NCBI GenBank assembly: GCA_030324005.1
Contig: JARDVH010000163.1
Location: 102,624,073 to 102,688,072 of the forward strand
Length of the DNA: 64,000 nucleotides
Direction of reading: 5' to 3'
Source of the DNA: Negaprion brevirostris
Taxonomy: Eukaryota
The notes beneath the pieces were generated by a model. That model ran no database searches and was not told where the DNA came from. It saw nothing but the letters and a program-made list of their open reading frames with translations. Positions 1 to 11,537 of this stretch are shown here, piece by piece. Each line of letters starts with the position of its first letter. The first letter of the stretch is position 1. The translations under genes and the position numbers were made by a program.

Positions 1-429
1 GTACCCAGGTCATTGTTGAGTCCCAGCTCTCAACCAAGCCACCAAGAAGTCAGGCAACCAAGTACCACATAATAGGATTATTTGCCTATACCCTCGAGTT
101 CCAAGACTAAGCCCGTTGTCAGCTAAATCACTGAATTTTCATATGGAAACACCACAACCCAAAGTAAAATCCATTTTGTCCCAAGTAAGCAATGCAGCAC
201 ATTCATCAAGATTACAATTCAGTGAGTGCTCACAGCTTAACTGAAAATTACAACATATTGGAAGTATTTCAGATTATAGACACAAAACATAAATTGTGTA
301 CAACAAATATGCAAGTGAGTGGCTGTGCAAGGCAAACAATTTAGACAGATTAGGAAATTGGGGTTGGCAGGGCAGCACCCTGCTCCAACAAGGCAGACAG
401 CCAATCATGCCCCTTAAGATTCTAATTAG

Positions 430-720
430 GAGCCATATTTTGATGGAGACAAGATCTTCTTGGTGTCAAAGTGCCCTCTCCTATATTTGCAAAGCCCATC
501 AGCTCTCAAGAGGCAACCTTCTGGAAGCAGACCAATGAGGCCAGAGATGCCTGTTTTAAATTTGTCCGCCCTTGGAGCTGTGGGGATCAAAAGGCCACAA
601 GCATAGCCACAAACCATCCTATGAAGAGATTCCTTCTTAGTATTGCTGACTTACACCTGGAGGCACTTTTCTGGTTACCCCTCTACTTCTGCAGCCAGTG
701 CCCATCTCGCCCAGCACTCT
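430..720 (-). mobile_element. Possible degraded Harbinger-type Myb/SANT-like ORF remnant
   Basis: Frameshifted fragments ALAAEVEG...W...PTAPR...GL weakly resemble the Myb/SANT-like protein of Harbinger elements. Confidence 0.25.
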
Positions 721-1084
721 GATTGCCCCATCTGACAGCACCATCTGCCTAGACAGCCTCTGTGAAAATCACACAGGCAAGCAGCCGACCAAGGATCAGG
801 ACTCCCGATGGCCGCTGGAAAAGTCAGCTCAGCACATCCAGTCTGCATTTTTTGCCCATCGCACATCACTCAAATCTTTGGGTCACGCTTCAGCAAAAGC
901 TTTAAAGAATTAATGCATCCATTTGATTCAAGGGAAAAACATGCTGCAGCCTCTAAGTTACATTGCCACTCAAACATTTTTTCAAAAAGAGCAGCAAGCC
1001 AAAACCATGACCTGCTGCCTAATTAAACTCTGGTCTCAACTTAGTGGCCACTGAGCACTAATGGACCTCTTACAGCCAAACTTA

Positions 1085-1420
1085 ACATAAGAACATAAGA
1101 AATAGGAGCAAGAGTAGGCCATCTAGCCCTTCCAGCCTGCCCTGCCATTCAATAAGATCATGGCTGATCTGAAGTGGATAAGTTCCACTTTCCCGCTTTC
1201 TCCCCATAATTTAACTCCCTGTCTATCAGAAACCTATCTACCCGTGACTTAAATATATTTAGCGAGGTAGCCTCCACCACTTCAACAGGCAGANNNNNNN
1301 NNNNNNNNNNNNNNNNNNNNNNNNNNNNNNNNNNNNNNNNNNNNNNNNNNNNNNNNNNNNNNNNNNNNNNNNNNNNNNNNNNNNNNNNNNNNNTTTATCT
1401 GGACCTTATTTGTAGAAACG
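1085..1420 (-). mobile_element. CR1 LINE 3' end (young family, spans gap)
   Basis: AACATAAGAACATAAGAAATAGGAGCAAGAGTAGGCCATCTAGCCC is the reverse complement of the CR1 3' UTR with TTCTTATG tail; the same motif recurs at 4244, 13621, 26122, 49336 and inverted at 53118. Confidence 0.85.
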
Positions 1421-2904
1421 CTACCAACCTCTCTCATGCCCCTTATTCCTTTCATTAGTGGGACATCCTCAACATTTACCTTAGAGTAGCATACCATCAC
1501 CTCAGCAACAATAATATTGAATGTTAGATCATAGTCTTTTATAAAACAATAAATAATTTGACCGAGTGAATAATGCCACAGAAAATCCATGGAACATTAA
1601 AATATTGCATTCTAAGTAACCATGAAAAAAATGTAATGCAATCAGGCACATAAAAAAAATCAATTTTATATCCATCTTGTGAAAGCCCATTGATAAATGA
1701 ATTTGAAAAGCTAACAGAACAACTGACTAATAATTGGCTTGTACATCAACCCCTTATAACAAAGGCCACACTCTGAAATGATCCAGCAGTACTATAAACA
1801 CAGATAAGATAATGATCAGCTTCAAAATGTTATGTTTCTTACAGATATCAAGATGTTAAACCACTATGTGAAACAATTATACAACTAAGATGTCACCCAT
1901 GAACATAATTCTGTATGTCCAAAAATAATGAGACAAAAGGACTACAGGCATGTTGCCAAGTTGCAACAAGAATACATATTCTGCAGTCCTCGAGGTTTGG
2001 CTCATTCCATTCATAAATGAGAATATTTACTTTCAGATCATCCATTTTTAAATCTAAAATCAATAATTAATTAGACCATTTGCCATCATTTTTCTGATCT
2101 AGATGAATCATTAAAAGGATAATTTTGAGGCAGCATTATTTGGAATGCTCCCAGAATTACTAATTTACAGCAACTTATTCTTTACAGTCCATTCAAAACA
2201 ACCATTTTCATTGCTAGTTAACAACAGTTCTGATTTCATTGTTCATTTCTAGCTGTGTAGGTTGATAATGGTTGATGTATACTTCCTTTCAAAGCAAAGT
2301 TCAAGATGGAATAATTTTGGAACACGAGAAAACAAAACTTTGGACTATATCAGATGTTCTGAGTGCTTTTCCAGTGCATTTCCAGTGGGTGATGATATGA
2401 TTTGGTGGTAACAAAGTATGAAATACTAATGTGCGTTGCGGCTAGCTGTATTTGGATAATTGGCACAATGTTATTTCCATGAACATGTCATCTTTAGGCT
2501 TCTTGAAGTGGTATAACAAATCAAAGCAGCGTAAAATAAAAATATGATTACCATATAATGACCATGGGGATTTTAATGAAATGAATACATTTCAGTCTTC
2601 CTTTGGTGAGGAATGACTTCATGTGCCCACATGCCTATTTGTACATTTTAAGCCAGTTGTAATTGCCCAGCAACTTCAGCTTCCCACTACAAGATATTAT
2701 TAATGACAAGTTGAAAAAAATCACTGTGCAGCAATTTCCTCTTGTAAATATGCAGGTTTAAAAATCTGGCAGGAGCCTTGAGAAAGAACCCTGCAGTAAA
2801 ATTTCAGTGTCAACTTCGCCAACGTGGAGGAAATGCAAAGTGTGCTAGCTTTGGAAAAATTCCTTAGGCCACTTACAGCAACGTGAATGTTTTCAACAGG
2901 GTTA

Positions 2905-3008
2905 TAACCACTTGAGAAGAGTCACATGGATGCAAAACATTAAGCCTGTTTCTCTCTCCACAGATGCTGCCAGACCTGTTGAGCTTTTCCACAATTTCCT
3001 GTTTTTAT
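2905..3008 (+). mobile_element. Penelope-like terminal fragment
   Basis: GTTTCTCTCTCCACAGATGCTGCCAGACCTGTTGAGCTTTTCC matches a common shark Penelope-type end (recalled); a more degraded relative lies at ~48480-48590. Confidence 0.55.
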
Positions 3009-3329
3009 AACAAGTTACAGCTGACTAAAGACAAAGTTAACTACAATAATACTATATCATGCTCATTACAGCAACTCATTCCCACAAATGATAGTTAAAT
3101 CAGCACTTGAGGTGAGATTAATTTCCTTTTTTGCACAGTTACTGTTGGTTCTTAACACATAGCTAAAAAAGATTCTAAACCAAAAACAAATTATTTGTCA
3201 TTTCACTTAGAATCATTAATTTGAACTTGGGTGAGTACAGAAAGTTAGGAGTAAATTCTTTCACATTTGGAGTCAGAGTTCAAATTTTCTCTGGAGAAAT
3301 AGAAATCATTGTTATTAAGTCACTCTCAA

Positions 3330-3783
3330 GGAGGAATTTTCCCATTTTTTGTTAGAATGATGCAGCAAGCGGGAAAACCGGTGTTAAAGCCACCAGCCTC
3401 AACATCAGTTATCTTCACTGTATTGTCAGGGAAGTAATTGAAAAATGCTGAGGGGGAAGGTCTCATGCCATTATGTTGATGTGGTGGGGTCCGCCAGCAA
3501 CTGAAATATTGAGGTGCCACTGGCAAAAGGTTGATCAATACATAAAATGAAAAATAACATACCTCACCACCGAACACCAACCCTCCCATGGAACAAACTC
3601 TAATGAATGCTCCCTCCCTCCCCCAGCATGTATTTCAAAGTTGGGATTCTATTACATCATTGGTGGGGGGAGAGGGGGTGCAATTGTTATGGGAAATTCT
3701 GCCAGTGTTTTGGGCTTCTCCTGGGATTTTCTGTTCCCATCTCCGAATCCACCTGTTGGATATGGGAATGAAAAATCCTGCCC
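3330..3783. mobile_element. MITE-like non-autonomous DNA element(s)
   Basis: Ends GGAGGAATTTTCC ... AAAAATCCTGCCC; same terminal inverted repeat (TIR) type as the other MITEs in the window. Confidence 0.45.
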
Positions 3784-4243
3784 TCAGTTTTAATTGGTTC
3801 AATTTGCCCAATAGCATAAAATGGCACATGTTTCAAATGCAATATATGGAAATGAAAATGCCTCAAAATTACCCTTTTAATGATTCATCAAAAGTGGAAA
3901 ATGATAGCACGCAGATGAATGAATTATTGATTTTAAATGTAAAAATCCTTAATTGATAATGTAAATATGAAATGTTGATCTTACACTATATGAAATCACA
4001 GGACTGTTATAATTACCATTTGTCTCTGAAATCACTGAACTTAGAAACTTTGCTCTTGGAAATCCTACAATTTCTGCCAACGTTATTAATATATTATGAA
4101 GCACATTCAGAAAACTGAACTCTAATAAACTTTTAAAATTTGTAAAGAGCAAGTCAATGGCACTGAAAGTTGAAACAGTCCTTAAATGCCTACTACAGTG
4201 CTGCTGAGCTTACTCCATTTATTTATTGTAGAATATAACATAC

Positions 4244-4341
4244 CATAACATAAGAACATAATAGAAGAAATAGGAGCAGGAGTAGGCCATCTAGCCCTTC
4301 GAGCCTGCCCCGCCATTCAATAAGATCATGGTTGATCTGTC
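4244..4341 (-). mobile_element. CR1 LINE 3' end
   Basis: Near-identical to the 1085 and 49336 copies; runs into a gap. Confidence 0.85.
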
Positions 4342-4644
4342 NNNNNNNNNNNNNNNNNNNNNNNNNNNNNNNNNNNNNNNNNCCTTGAAATAACTTCACT
4401 CATATTCAGTGACATTAGCAAATACTCTGATAAAGCCTGACAAGGGAGGCAGGCAAAGGCAATAAGATGGAAGGGTGGAACAAAGGCTGGATAGGAAAGG
4501 CAAGATTACAGGGGAAGGGTGAAGAGAGTGCCTGGGCAAGGGGTGAAGGCCAATGTCAGCTGAAGGAGGTGGTGAAATCTGAGGAAGTGGGAGCAGAGTG
4601 TCTGAGAGAAAAGGGTCAGTAGCTTCAACCCAGGGTACTCAAGG

Positions 4645-4757
4645 GATGCTCTGGTGCACCAGTATAGTAGTATTGTCACTGGACGAATAATCCAGGAGCA
4701 CAGATAATGTTCTAGGGATCTGGGTTCAAATCTTGCCATAGCCGATGGCGAAATTTC
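4645..4757 (+). mobile_element. tRNA-derived SINE head (same family as 33730 and 59470 copies)
   Basis: GTATTGTCACTGGAC..TAATCCAG...GGGTTCAAATC B-box; similar to 59490-59580. Confidence 0.7.
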
Positions 4758-4769
4758 ATAGAGACACAG

Positions 4770-5250
4770 TATGAAATAAGGAATACAACTCTTAAGGGGG
4801 TGCAGGAGCAGAGTGAACTGGGTGTGTATGTGCATAGATCATTGCAGCTGGCAGGACAGGTGAATAGAGCAGTTAGTAAAGAATATAATATTCTGGGCTT
4901 TATTAATAGGGGCATAGACTACAAGAGCAAGGAGGTTACGCTGGACATGTATAGATCACAAGTTGGACCTCAGCTGGAACGTTGTGTACAATTCTGGTAG
5001 TCACGCTATAGGAAGGATGTACAAAAGAAGTTTACAAGAATGAATCAAGAGATGAAAAACTTCAGTTCTGAAGATAGACTGGAGGGGTTGGGGCTGTTCT
5101 CCTTGGAAAGAAGGTGGCTCAGGGGAGATTTGATAGAGATGTTCAAAATCACAAGGAAGCTGGACAGAGAAGGCAGAGAGAAACTGTTCCTGCTCAAAAA
5201 AGGATCAAGCACGAGAGTGTAGATTTGAAGCGATTTGCCAAAGAAACCTA
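4770..5250 (+). mobile_element. CR1 LINE ORF2 C-terminal fragment
   Basis: Peptides ILGFINRGIDYKSKEV..PQLERCVQFW and RLEGLGLFSLERRWLRGDLIEMFKI are CR1 hallmarks; stops and frameshifts present. Confidence 0.9.
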
Positions 5251-5547
5251 ATAACTATGATACAATTGGAGTCAAAGATACTCACTGTGTTCTCATCTCT
5301 ATTGTAAAGTCCGCACTGCAGCAGGTTTGTTCCCAGCTCATGGGTGTCATAATATTAAAATCTCAATAAGGAGTTGCCATTCACTGTTCCATTTGACCCT
5401 GGCTGCAATCAGAGGGAAGACGAAGGAAGGCAAGGAGATACGATGCCTCCAAAGTGCACAGTTGGTGCAGAGCATTCAACTTGAAAATCCAGTTCTCCAT
5501 CTCCCAGGTGAATCATCATGGCTGATGACGGCTCATCGTCATGCAGT

Positions 5548-6565
5548 TTGGGTAAAGCAGTTGACGTGGTGTATATGGATTTTAGTAAAGTGTTTGATAG
5601 GGTTCTCCATGGTAGGCTACTGCAGAAAATACGGATGCACGGGATTGAGGGTGATTTAGCAGTTTGGATCAGGAATTGGCTAGCTGATAGAAGACAGAGG
5701 GTGGTGGTTGNNNNNNNNNNNNNNNNNNNNNNNNNNNNNNNNNNNNNNNNNNNNNNNNNNNNNNNNNNNNNNNNNNNNNNNNNNNNNNNNNNNNNNNNNN
5801 NNNNNNNNNNNNNNNNNNNNNNNNNNNNNNNNNNNNNNNNNNNNNNNNNNNNNNNNNNNNNNNNNNNNNNNNNNNNNNNNNNNNNNNNNNNNNNNNNNNN
5901 NNNNNNNNNNNNNNNNNNNNNNNNNNNNNNNNNNNNNNNNNNNNNNNNNNNNNNNNNNNNNNNNNNNNNNNNNNNNNNNNNNNNNNNNNNNNNNNNNNNN
6001 NNNNNNNNNNNNNNNNNNNNNNNNNNNNNNNNNNNNNNNNNNNNNNNNNNNNNNNNNNNNNNNNNNNNNNNNNNNNNNNNNNNNNNNNNNNNNNNNNNNN
6101 NNNNNNNNNNNNNNNNNNNNNNNNNNNNNNNNNNNNNNNNNNNNNNNNNNNNNNNNNNNNNNNNNNNNNNNNNNNNNNNNNNNNNNNNNNNNNNNNNNNN
6201 NNNNNNNNNNNNNNNNNNNNNNNNNNNNNNNNNNNNNNNNNNNNNNNNNNNNNNNNNNNNNNNNNNNNNNNNNNNNNNNNNNNNNNNNNNNNNNNNNNNN
6301 NNNNNNNNNNNNNNNNNNNNNNNNNNNNNNNNNNNNNNNNNNNNNNNNNNNNNNNNNNNNNNNNNNNNNNNNNNNNNNNNNNNNNNNNNNNNNNNNNNNN
6401 NNNNNNNNNNNNNNNNNNNNNNNNNNNNNNNNNNNNNNNNNNNNNNNNNNNNNNNNNNNNNNNNNNNNNNNGCATACAGTTCTGGTCGCTGCATTAGAAG
6501 AAAGATGTGGGCAGTGTTGGAAAGGGTGCAGAGGAGGTTTACCAGGACGTTGCCTGGTATGGTGG
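5548..6565 (+). mobile_element. CR1 LINE reverse transcriptase fragment spanning a gap
   Basis: GKAVDVVYMDFSKVFDRVLHGRLLQKIRMHGIEG..WIRNWLADRRQRVVV before the gap and VLERVQRRFTRTLPG after it. Confidence 0.92.
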
Positions 6566-6883
6566 AAAAATCAACGGATAAACATTTGAATGTATTTTAA
6601 AAATGACACCAAAATCTTTGCCCCAATGAGTTAAGTGTGGGGTGACACCATGAAATTTGGCAAGCTCCTCGCTAATGTATAATTAATGAGCTGAAAAGCA
6701 GAAGATTGCACGTGCTTACCCGCCCTGCCGCCCAGCAAGAATCATAACGACTTTCCCACCTAACCCCCCTCCCCCCCCCCAATCAAACTTAATCTCCAGA
6801 ATGGAAAATTCACCCCCCTCCCCCACCTTGTGTTTTACTGTAGTTTTAAAAATCACTTGTGCTTAAAGAAATGGAAGCCATGA

Positions 6884-7062
6884 GTTGGAGATGCTGATGT
6901 TGGACTGGGGTGGGCACAATAGGAAGGTTTATTTGGAATCTTGAGCTTGGAGTGCTGCTACTTCATTAGGTGATTCACCTGATGAAGGAGCAATGCTCTG
7001 AAAGCTCATGATTCCAAATAAACCTGTTGGACTTCAATCTGGTGTTGTGAGATTTTCTACTG
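6884..7062. mobile_element. Palindromic Penelope-derived mini-element with hammerhead-like core
   Basis: Arms 6925-6973 and 6975-7025 are imperfect reverse complements; the right arm matches the end of the Penelope copy at 62640-62735; CTGATGA (6979-6985), stem GGAGC/GCTCT, GAAA (7000-7003). Confidence 0.75.
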
Positions 7063-8042
7063 AAAAAAAATGGAGCTTGGGTTTGGAAAGGGCCAAGGAA
7101 GAGTCATTTTACTGAATCATATTTAAGAATCATTCTGGCACATTTAAACAGTGCTTCAGAATAACGACTTCAACTGCAACTCAAGGTGCTGCAGAGTGCC
7201 ATCTTGAAGAGCCAGCTTCTAAAGCACCAGATTCACAAGTAAGCAACTGACCAAAAGAAGGGGCCTCTACCTTCCACACCAGTCAGTGAAAGTCCTACAT
7301 AAAAACATGATCACATCACTGGCATGTACCAAGTGGGTGGGAGAGTTTTGATTCATAGCCCATCAGAATCAAAGCATGTCAATCTGTCAACAAGTATTTA
7401 TCTTGTCTTGGGGACAATTCTGCTGCTGAAAATATAAGCCAGCACCACATCTTTTGATTGTGTACACTTCTTCCTTAGAAAAACACCCATACTGTCTTGT
7501 TTACTTTGACACTGACAGTAAAGCTACTAAAGTAAACAGGGTGTTAGAGTAAACATATCCATATATTTCCTTTCAGAAAAGCTCAGATGAATTACAATTC
7601 TGACTTTAAATTTGATATTTTAAGTGTATTTCAGCAATATTATGACTCATTTTCCAATACAATTTAACACTGGCTTTCTGTGGCAATTATAGCACCTTTT
7701 GTACATCACTTTGATTTCAAAGTTCATTGTTTCAAACCAACAAAAGGTTTGCAACCAGATAAAGTTGCTGAAAATTGCTACAAATACTTGAGGTATATTT
7801 ATTTTAATCTTATATATTCAAACATCTTGTCCTGAACACAACTCAATTGTTTAATGCCTGTGACATTCCTCAAAATAGATCCAAGAGAACAAAATAAAAT
7901 GAAGCAAATAACGTGAAGAATAGTAAGGAAATCTGAATGTTTTCTTATCTGGTTAATTCCCTGGCCTAGCTATTTCATAACTCTATTTGGTAAAGTTGTG
8001 TTTGTCATCCAAAGCACAAAAAACAAGTAACATTCCAACAAG

Positions 8043-8134
8043 TAGCGGGTAAATATGTAGGGATATGGGGGTGGGGCCTGGATGGGATTGTGGTCAGTGC
8101 AGACTCGATGGGCCGACTGACCTCCTCCCACACT
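8043..8134 (+). mobile_element. HE1-type SINE 3' part
   Basis: GGGCCTGGATGGGATTGTGGTCAGTGCAGACTCGATGGGCCGA matches 59815-59875. Confidence 0.7.
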
Positions 8135-9056
8135 NNNNNNNNNNNNNNNNNNNNNNNNNNNNNNNNNNNNNNNNNNNNNNNNNNNNNNNNNNNNNNNNNN
8201 NNNNNNNNNNNNNNNNNNNNNNNNNNNNNNNNNNNNNNNNNNNNNNNNNNNNNNNNNNNNNNNNNNNNNNNNNNNNNNNNNNNNNNNNNNNNNNNNNNNN
8301 NNNNTGGAATATATCATTTAAGTGGAGAATATGCAATTTTAGAATAACTGTCAGCTATCCTGTGGCTGAGATATAGGAGATCATTTTCATCACCATCATT
8401 TAAGCAGTGAACTTCCCATTATTGTAACTATCCAATTTTCATTTAATTCGATTCAAATGGGAAAAAAACACCAGCTGCTAAAAGAGGCCAGTTTACTGCC
8501 CAAAAGGTGAAGATGAAAATTGCTCTCAACGTTCTTTTGTTTTGATGATGTGACAAAAAAGCAACAAAGCTATCCAAAGTGGTCATTGGCATTGCTGATG
8601 AACTTAGATTTTGAATTCAATCAAAAATTACTAATTTATGTTAATGTATTCAAGCTTACAGATTGGGAGAAAACTCATTAAATGGAATTTTCCTTTTTCT
8701 TCCAAGTGCCAACTCAAGCAAAGAAAGCAGAGTGCAGCTCATCAGCTGCACAGTCGGCTTTTCTCATCACATTGTGCAGCATTTGGAAGAAAAGTATCTG
8801 GAGGCTTGGTCCATGCCATCATGCAAGTGGAGCAGGGCTGGAAAAAGCTGGCAATGCCAAGATTTCCAAGATCAGGATGCCCTTTATAAAGGGTGCCCCA
8901 ATCTCTGGTTTAAAAGGAAGAGGAACCACACGCACATGGACATCTATGCGAGGTTCCAACCATCCGGACTGGAACCTTGTTACACCAATGGTGAGAAGGC
9001 AGGGACAGTCAGACTTGAGATCTCACCAGTGAGATTCTTCTTTTTTGACTCCAGTG

Positions 9057-9112
9057 AGGATTTTGCACCCACATTGCTGGTTGTGCCTGCAGCAAATGTG
9101 GTGCAAAATCCT
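9057..9112. repeat. 56-bp near-perfect inverted repeat (mini-MITE-like)
   Basis: AGGATTTTGCACCCACATTGCTG ... CAGCAAATGTGGTGCAAAATCCT. Confidence 0.8.
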
Positions 9113-10146
9113 GGTCATTATGTCGCAATGGCTGAACCACAAATGAAGCATCATTCCAGTCAAATTTCAATTTAATCTTAGGATTTGGTGGGACTGCTAA
9201 TGATGTGACTCAAGCTGTTCAGTAGGGTATCCTGCCAGTATTTCATAATGATCTTGGGCATTGAACCTAATCAGAGAACATTTTTTCTAAGGAGTTATTA
9301 TGTGTTTTTGACTACCTGTGTTCATGAGAGGTGGCCTCCTATGGGGCATATTCACCATGTGATATTATATTGGAACCTGAGTTGCAAAATCGTCAAATGT
9401 ACAGGTGTTACGCAAGTCAATATTAACAGCTACTTGGTACATGTTTTTGCTTGTGTGTTATTATATCATTATTAGGTAAATTGACCTCTGACTTTTAACC
9501 CAAATAATCCAGCTTAACAGTGAAATAATCAGCACCTGCGGACAGGGAACAGAATGAACAACCCACATACAGTGCAGAGAAAAAGTAGTTGTTAATCCTG
9601 TGGCACACTATTCCATTTGTGTTATGAGAAAAGCGCTAAGTTTCTAGATTTTATGACACAGAGCTTTGCTTTGCAGTACTACTGTGAACATGAGTTGAGA
9701 GTATTGGGAAAAAGACTGAATTGTCACAATGCACATGCCTGCCACAAGTATTGCTCCCAAGTGTTTTTTGTGAGTCACTGGGGTAGGCAGTGATTGCTGC
9801 CAAGAAATCAAACTGACTTTTAAACTGCTGCAAAGGGTTCACTTACGCAAATGACATTAAAACAAAGTTAATTTATGGAACACCTCCCTGAAATAATTTA
9901 GCAATGTAAATTTATGACAACATAAACCATTAAAAATCATCAATCTACAGTATCCAGTCAAGTTTTACTTCAAGAGGACATCCCTCCCATTAAATGGTTT
10001 GGGGTATGTAACATTTTGTGCTATTCCAGTTTTTGTTTTAACTGCACTAGCTTCTTTCATGCTTGATTCCATTTACATATCCCCAGACATTCGATGGAAG
10101 TTCATATGGCCAGAAAATCATTAACTATCTATGCGAACAAACTTAC

Positions 10147-10326
10147 TTGTCTTTCCAGTGTTTTTCATACGTGTCCTATTAGAGGATTCAATCTCAAACC
10201 CCTCAAGATGGATTTGCTGCAAGTCATCTTTTTCATGAGTCTTCTGATCTACAATATCAATTGGGGACTGCTTGATGCCAGAGCAATTGATGTAAGATGT
10301 GGCCCAATTTTCTGGTCCATAGTTTC
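10147..10326 (-). CDS. PTPRG: Internal coding exon of receptor-type tyrosine-protein phosphatase gamma (N-terminal part of the carbonic anhydrase-like domain; equivalent to human exon 3)
   Basis: Minus strand reads polypyrimidine-TTTAG | GA AAC TAT GGA ... GGA AAG ACA A | GTAAGT; 180 bp, phase 1-1. Peptide GNYGPENWATSYINCSGIKQSPIDIVDQKTHEKDDLQQIHLEGFEIESSNRTRMKNTGKT carries the alpha-CA GP..W..C...QSPIDI...N.G motifs. It matches recalled human PTPRG (GAYGPEHW...QSPIDILDQ...GFDNESSNKTWMKNTGKT) better than PTPRZ1. Confidence 0.9.
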
Positions 10327-10586
10327 CTAAAGGGAAAACAGTAGGTTTAGTGCCAAATGCCATGAAATTCAGATTTAGTTTCAGTTCAAATAACCCAAAG
10401 CATGCAGTTACTGAGATTAGAAAAGTCACAGTTTAATAATTTTACCCCAATGTTTATTATTGTTGCAACATATTATCTGAAAGTTAGAACTTAACTAAGT
10501 CATGTAAAATACATTCTAAACAACAATTTTTTTTAAGATTGCAAGGCACTTGACTTGTTTCTGTCGCAATTGGTGCACAAATAATG

Positions 10587-11268
10587 GCTGGGATCTTCCC
10601 ATCCTGCAGCAACAGGTTTAGAAGGTAGGATCAGGAACAAACTTACAGGTTAGAGCAAAGATGCGTTCTCACTTGCAGGTGGTCTTATTGGAGGGGGATG
10701 AACAATGGTACTGCCTAACTGCCTGACAGTGACAGGTAGACACTGACAATCAATTCAAGGTCAAATGCGAGGAACAAGATCTTCCCAGCAATGAAGCAGA
10801 CTCTCATTGATTGATTGCTGAGCCCAAAGGTGCCAGTGAAGTCTGCTCTACTGCCCTCATCGACCCTACAGCAATGGATGCCAGAGAGTCACAGCCATAG
10901 TCCGATGGGGGAGTTGTCCATCCACATTGATGGACTGGCAGCTGTAGCCCACAAATTTTTTTTTAAAATCCATAATGATAATTTTTCAGAGGGTGCCATT
11001 ATCATGAGGCACCTTCACAATCTCCTGCCTGTGTCAACAATGGTCACCTCTTCCAGTGTGACTGCTGGCAGAGATTCATTGTAGGCCTCAGATTGGGCTT
11101 GTAGCCTCAGGGATTTGTCCACCATCCTCAATTGAATGGCAGACACAGAAGTAGCTAATTAGGAAGTCACCTCCCAAAACTGAGAGGCATACTGTAGATC
11201 CACACAGGGTTGGGACCCAAAATGATGCTGATTCCTAATTAAAACCTATCAGTACCAGATTTTGCCCA
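10587..11268. mobile_element. Non-autonomous DNA element (Harbinger/PHIS-like TIRs)
   Basis: Starts GGCTGGGATCTTCC, ends AGATTTTGCCC; GC-richer than its flanks. Confidence 0.45.
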
Positions 11269-11362
11269 ACGAGTCTTCTTATGAAGTCATGAGGAACCAT
11301 TTTAAATTAACTACAGAAAAAATGCTACAAGCTGCACCTCAGCATAAACCTGACAACATTAT

Positions 11363-11535
11363 GGGTGGGATTTTCTAGCTAATCCTGCCAGTGGGATCTT
11401 CTGGTCCCGCCGACAGTGATCCCCTGCCACAGGTGCCCTGGTGTCAGAGGATCAGGCAATGGGAAATCCCATCGACAACAGCAGACCCAGAGGATCTTGC
11501 TGCTGGCTGTCTTCACCACTGCAAAACACGGCCTG
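11363..11535. mobile_element. MITE
   Basis: GGGTGGGATTTTC start; internal GGATCTTCTGGTCCCGCCGA..AATGGGAAATCCCATCGACAAC shared with 15263-15394. Confidence 0.6.
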
Positions 11536-11537
11536 TA

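Larger units (their letters stand above)
1..10146 (-). other. PTPRG: Part of the PTPRG intron downstream of this exon (intron 3 equivalent)
   Basis: GTAAGT donor at 10146-10141; the next exon (..EFHWG..GSEH..) was not found in the sequenced bases, but could be hidden in an N gap. Confidence 0.65.

Noticed and set aside
5522-5542. CTGATGA followed by a short hairpin, as a possible hammerhead
   Set aside because: No GAAA after the stem, so the core is incomplete.
6612-6636. Minus-strand THWGK resembling the FHWG motif of the next PTPRG exon
   Set aside because: Flanking residues do not match and there is no GSEH motif or fitting splice sites.
8663-9175. 170-aa plus-strand ORF
   Set aside because: Non-ATG start, no recognisable domain or exon structure; kept only as part of the hairpin finding.
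10121-10429. Stand-alone 102-aa carbonic anhydrase ORF
   Set aside because: Homology is limited to the spliced 180-bp exon; the rest is intron read-through.
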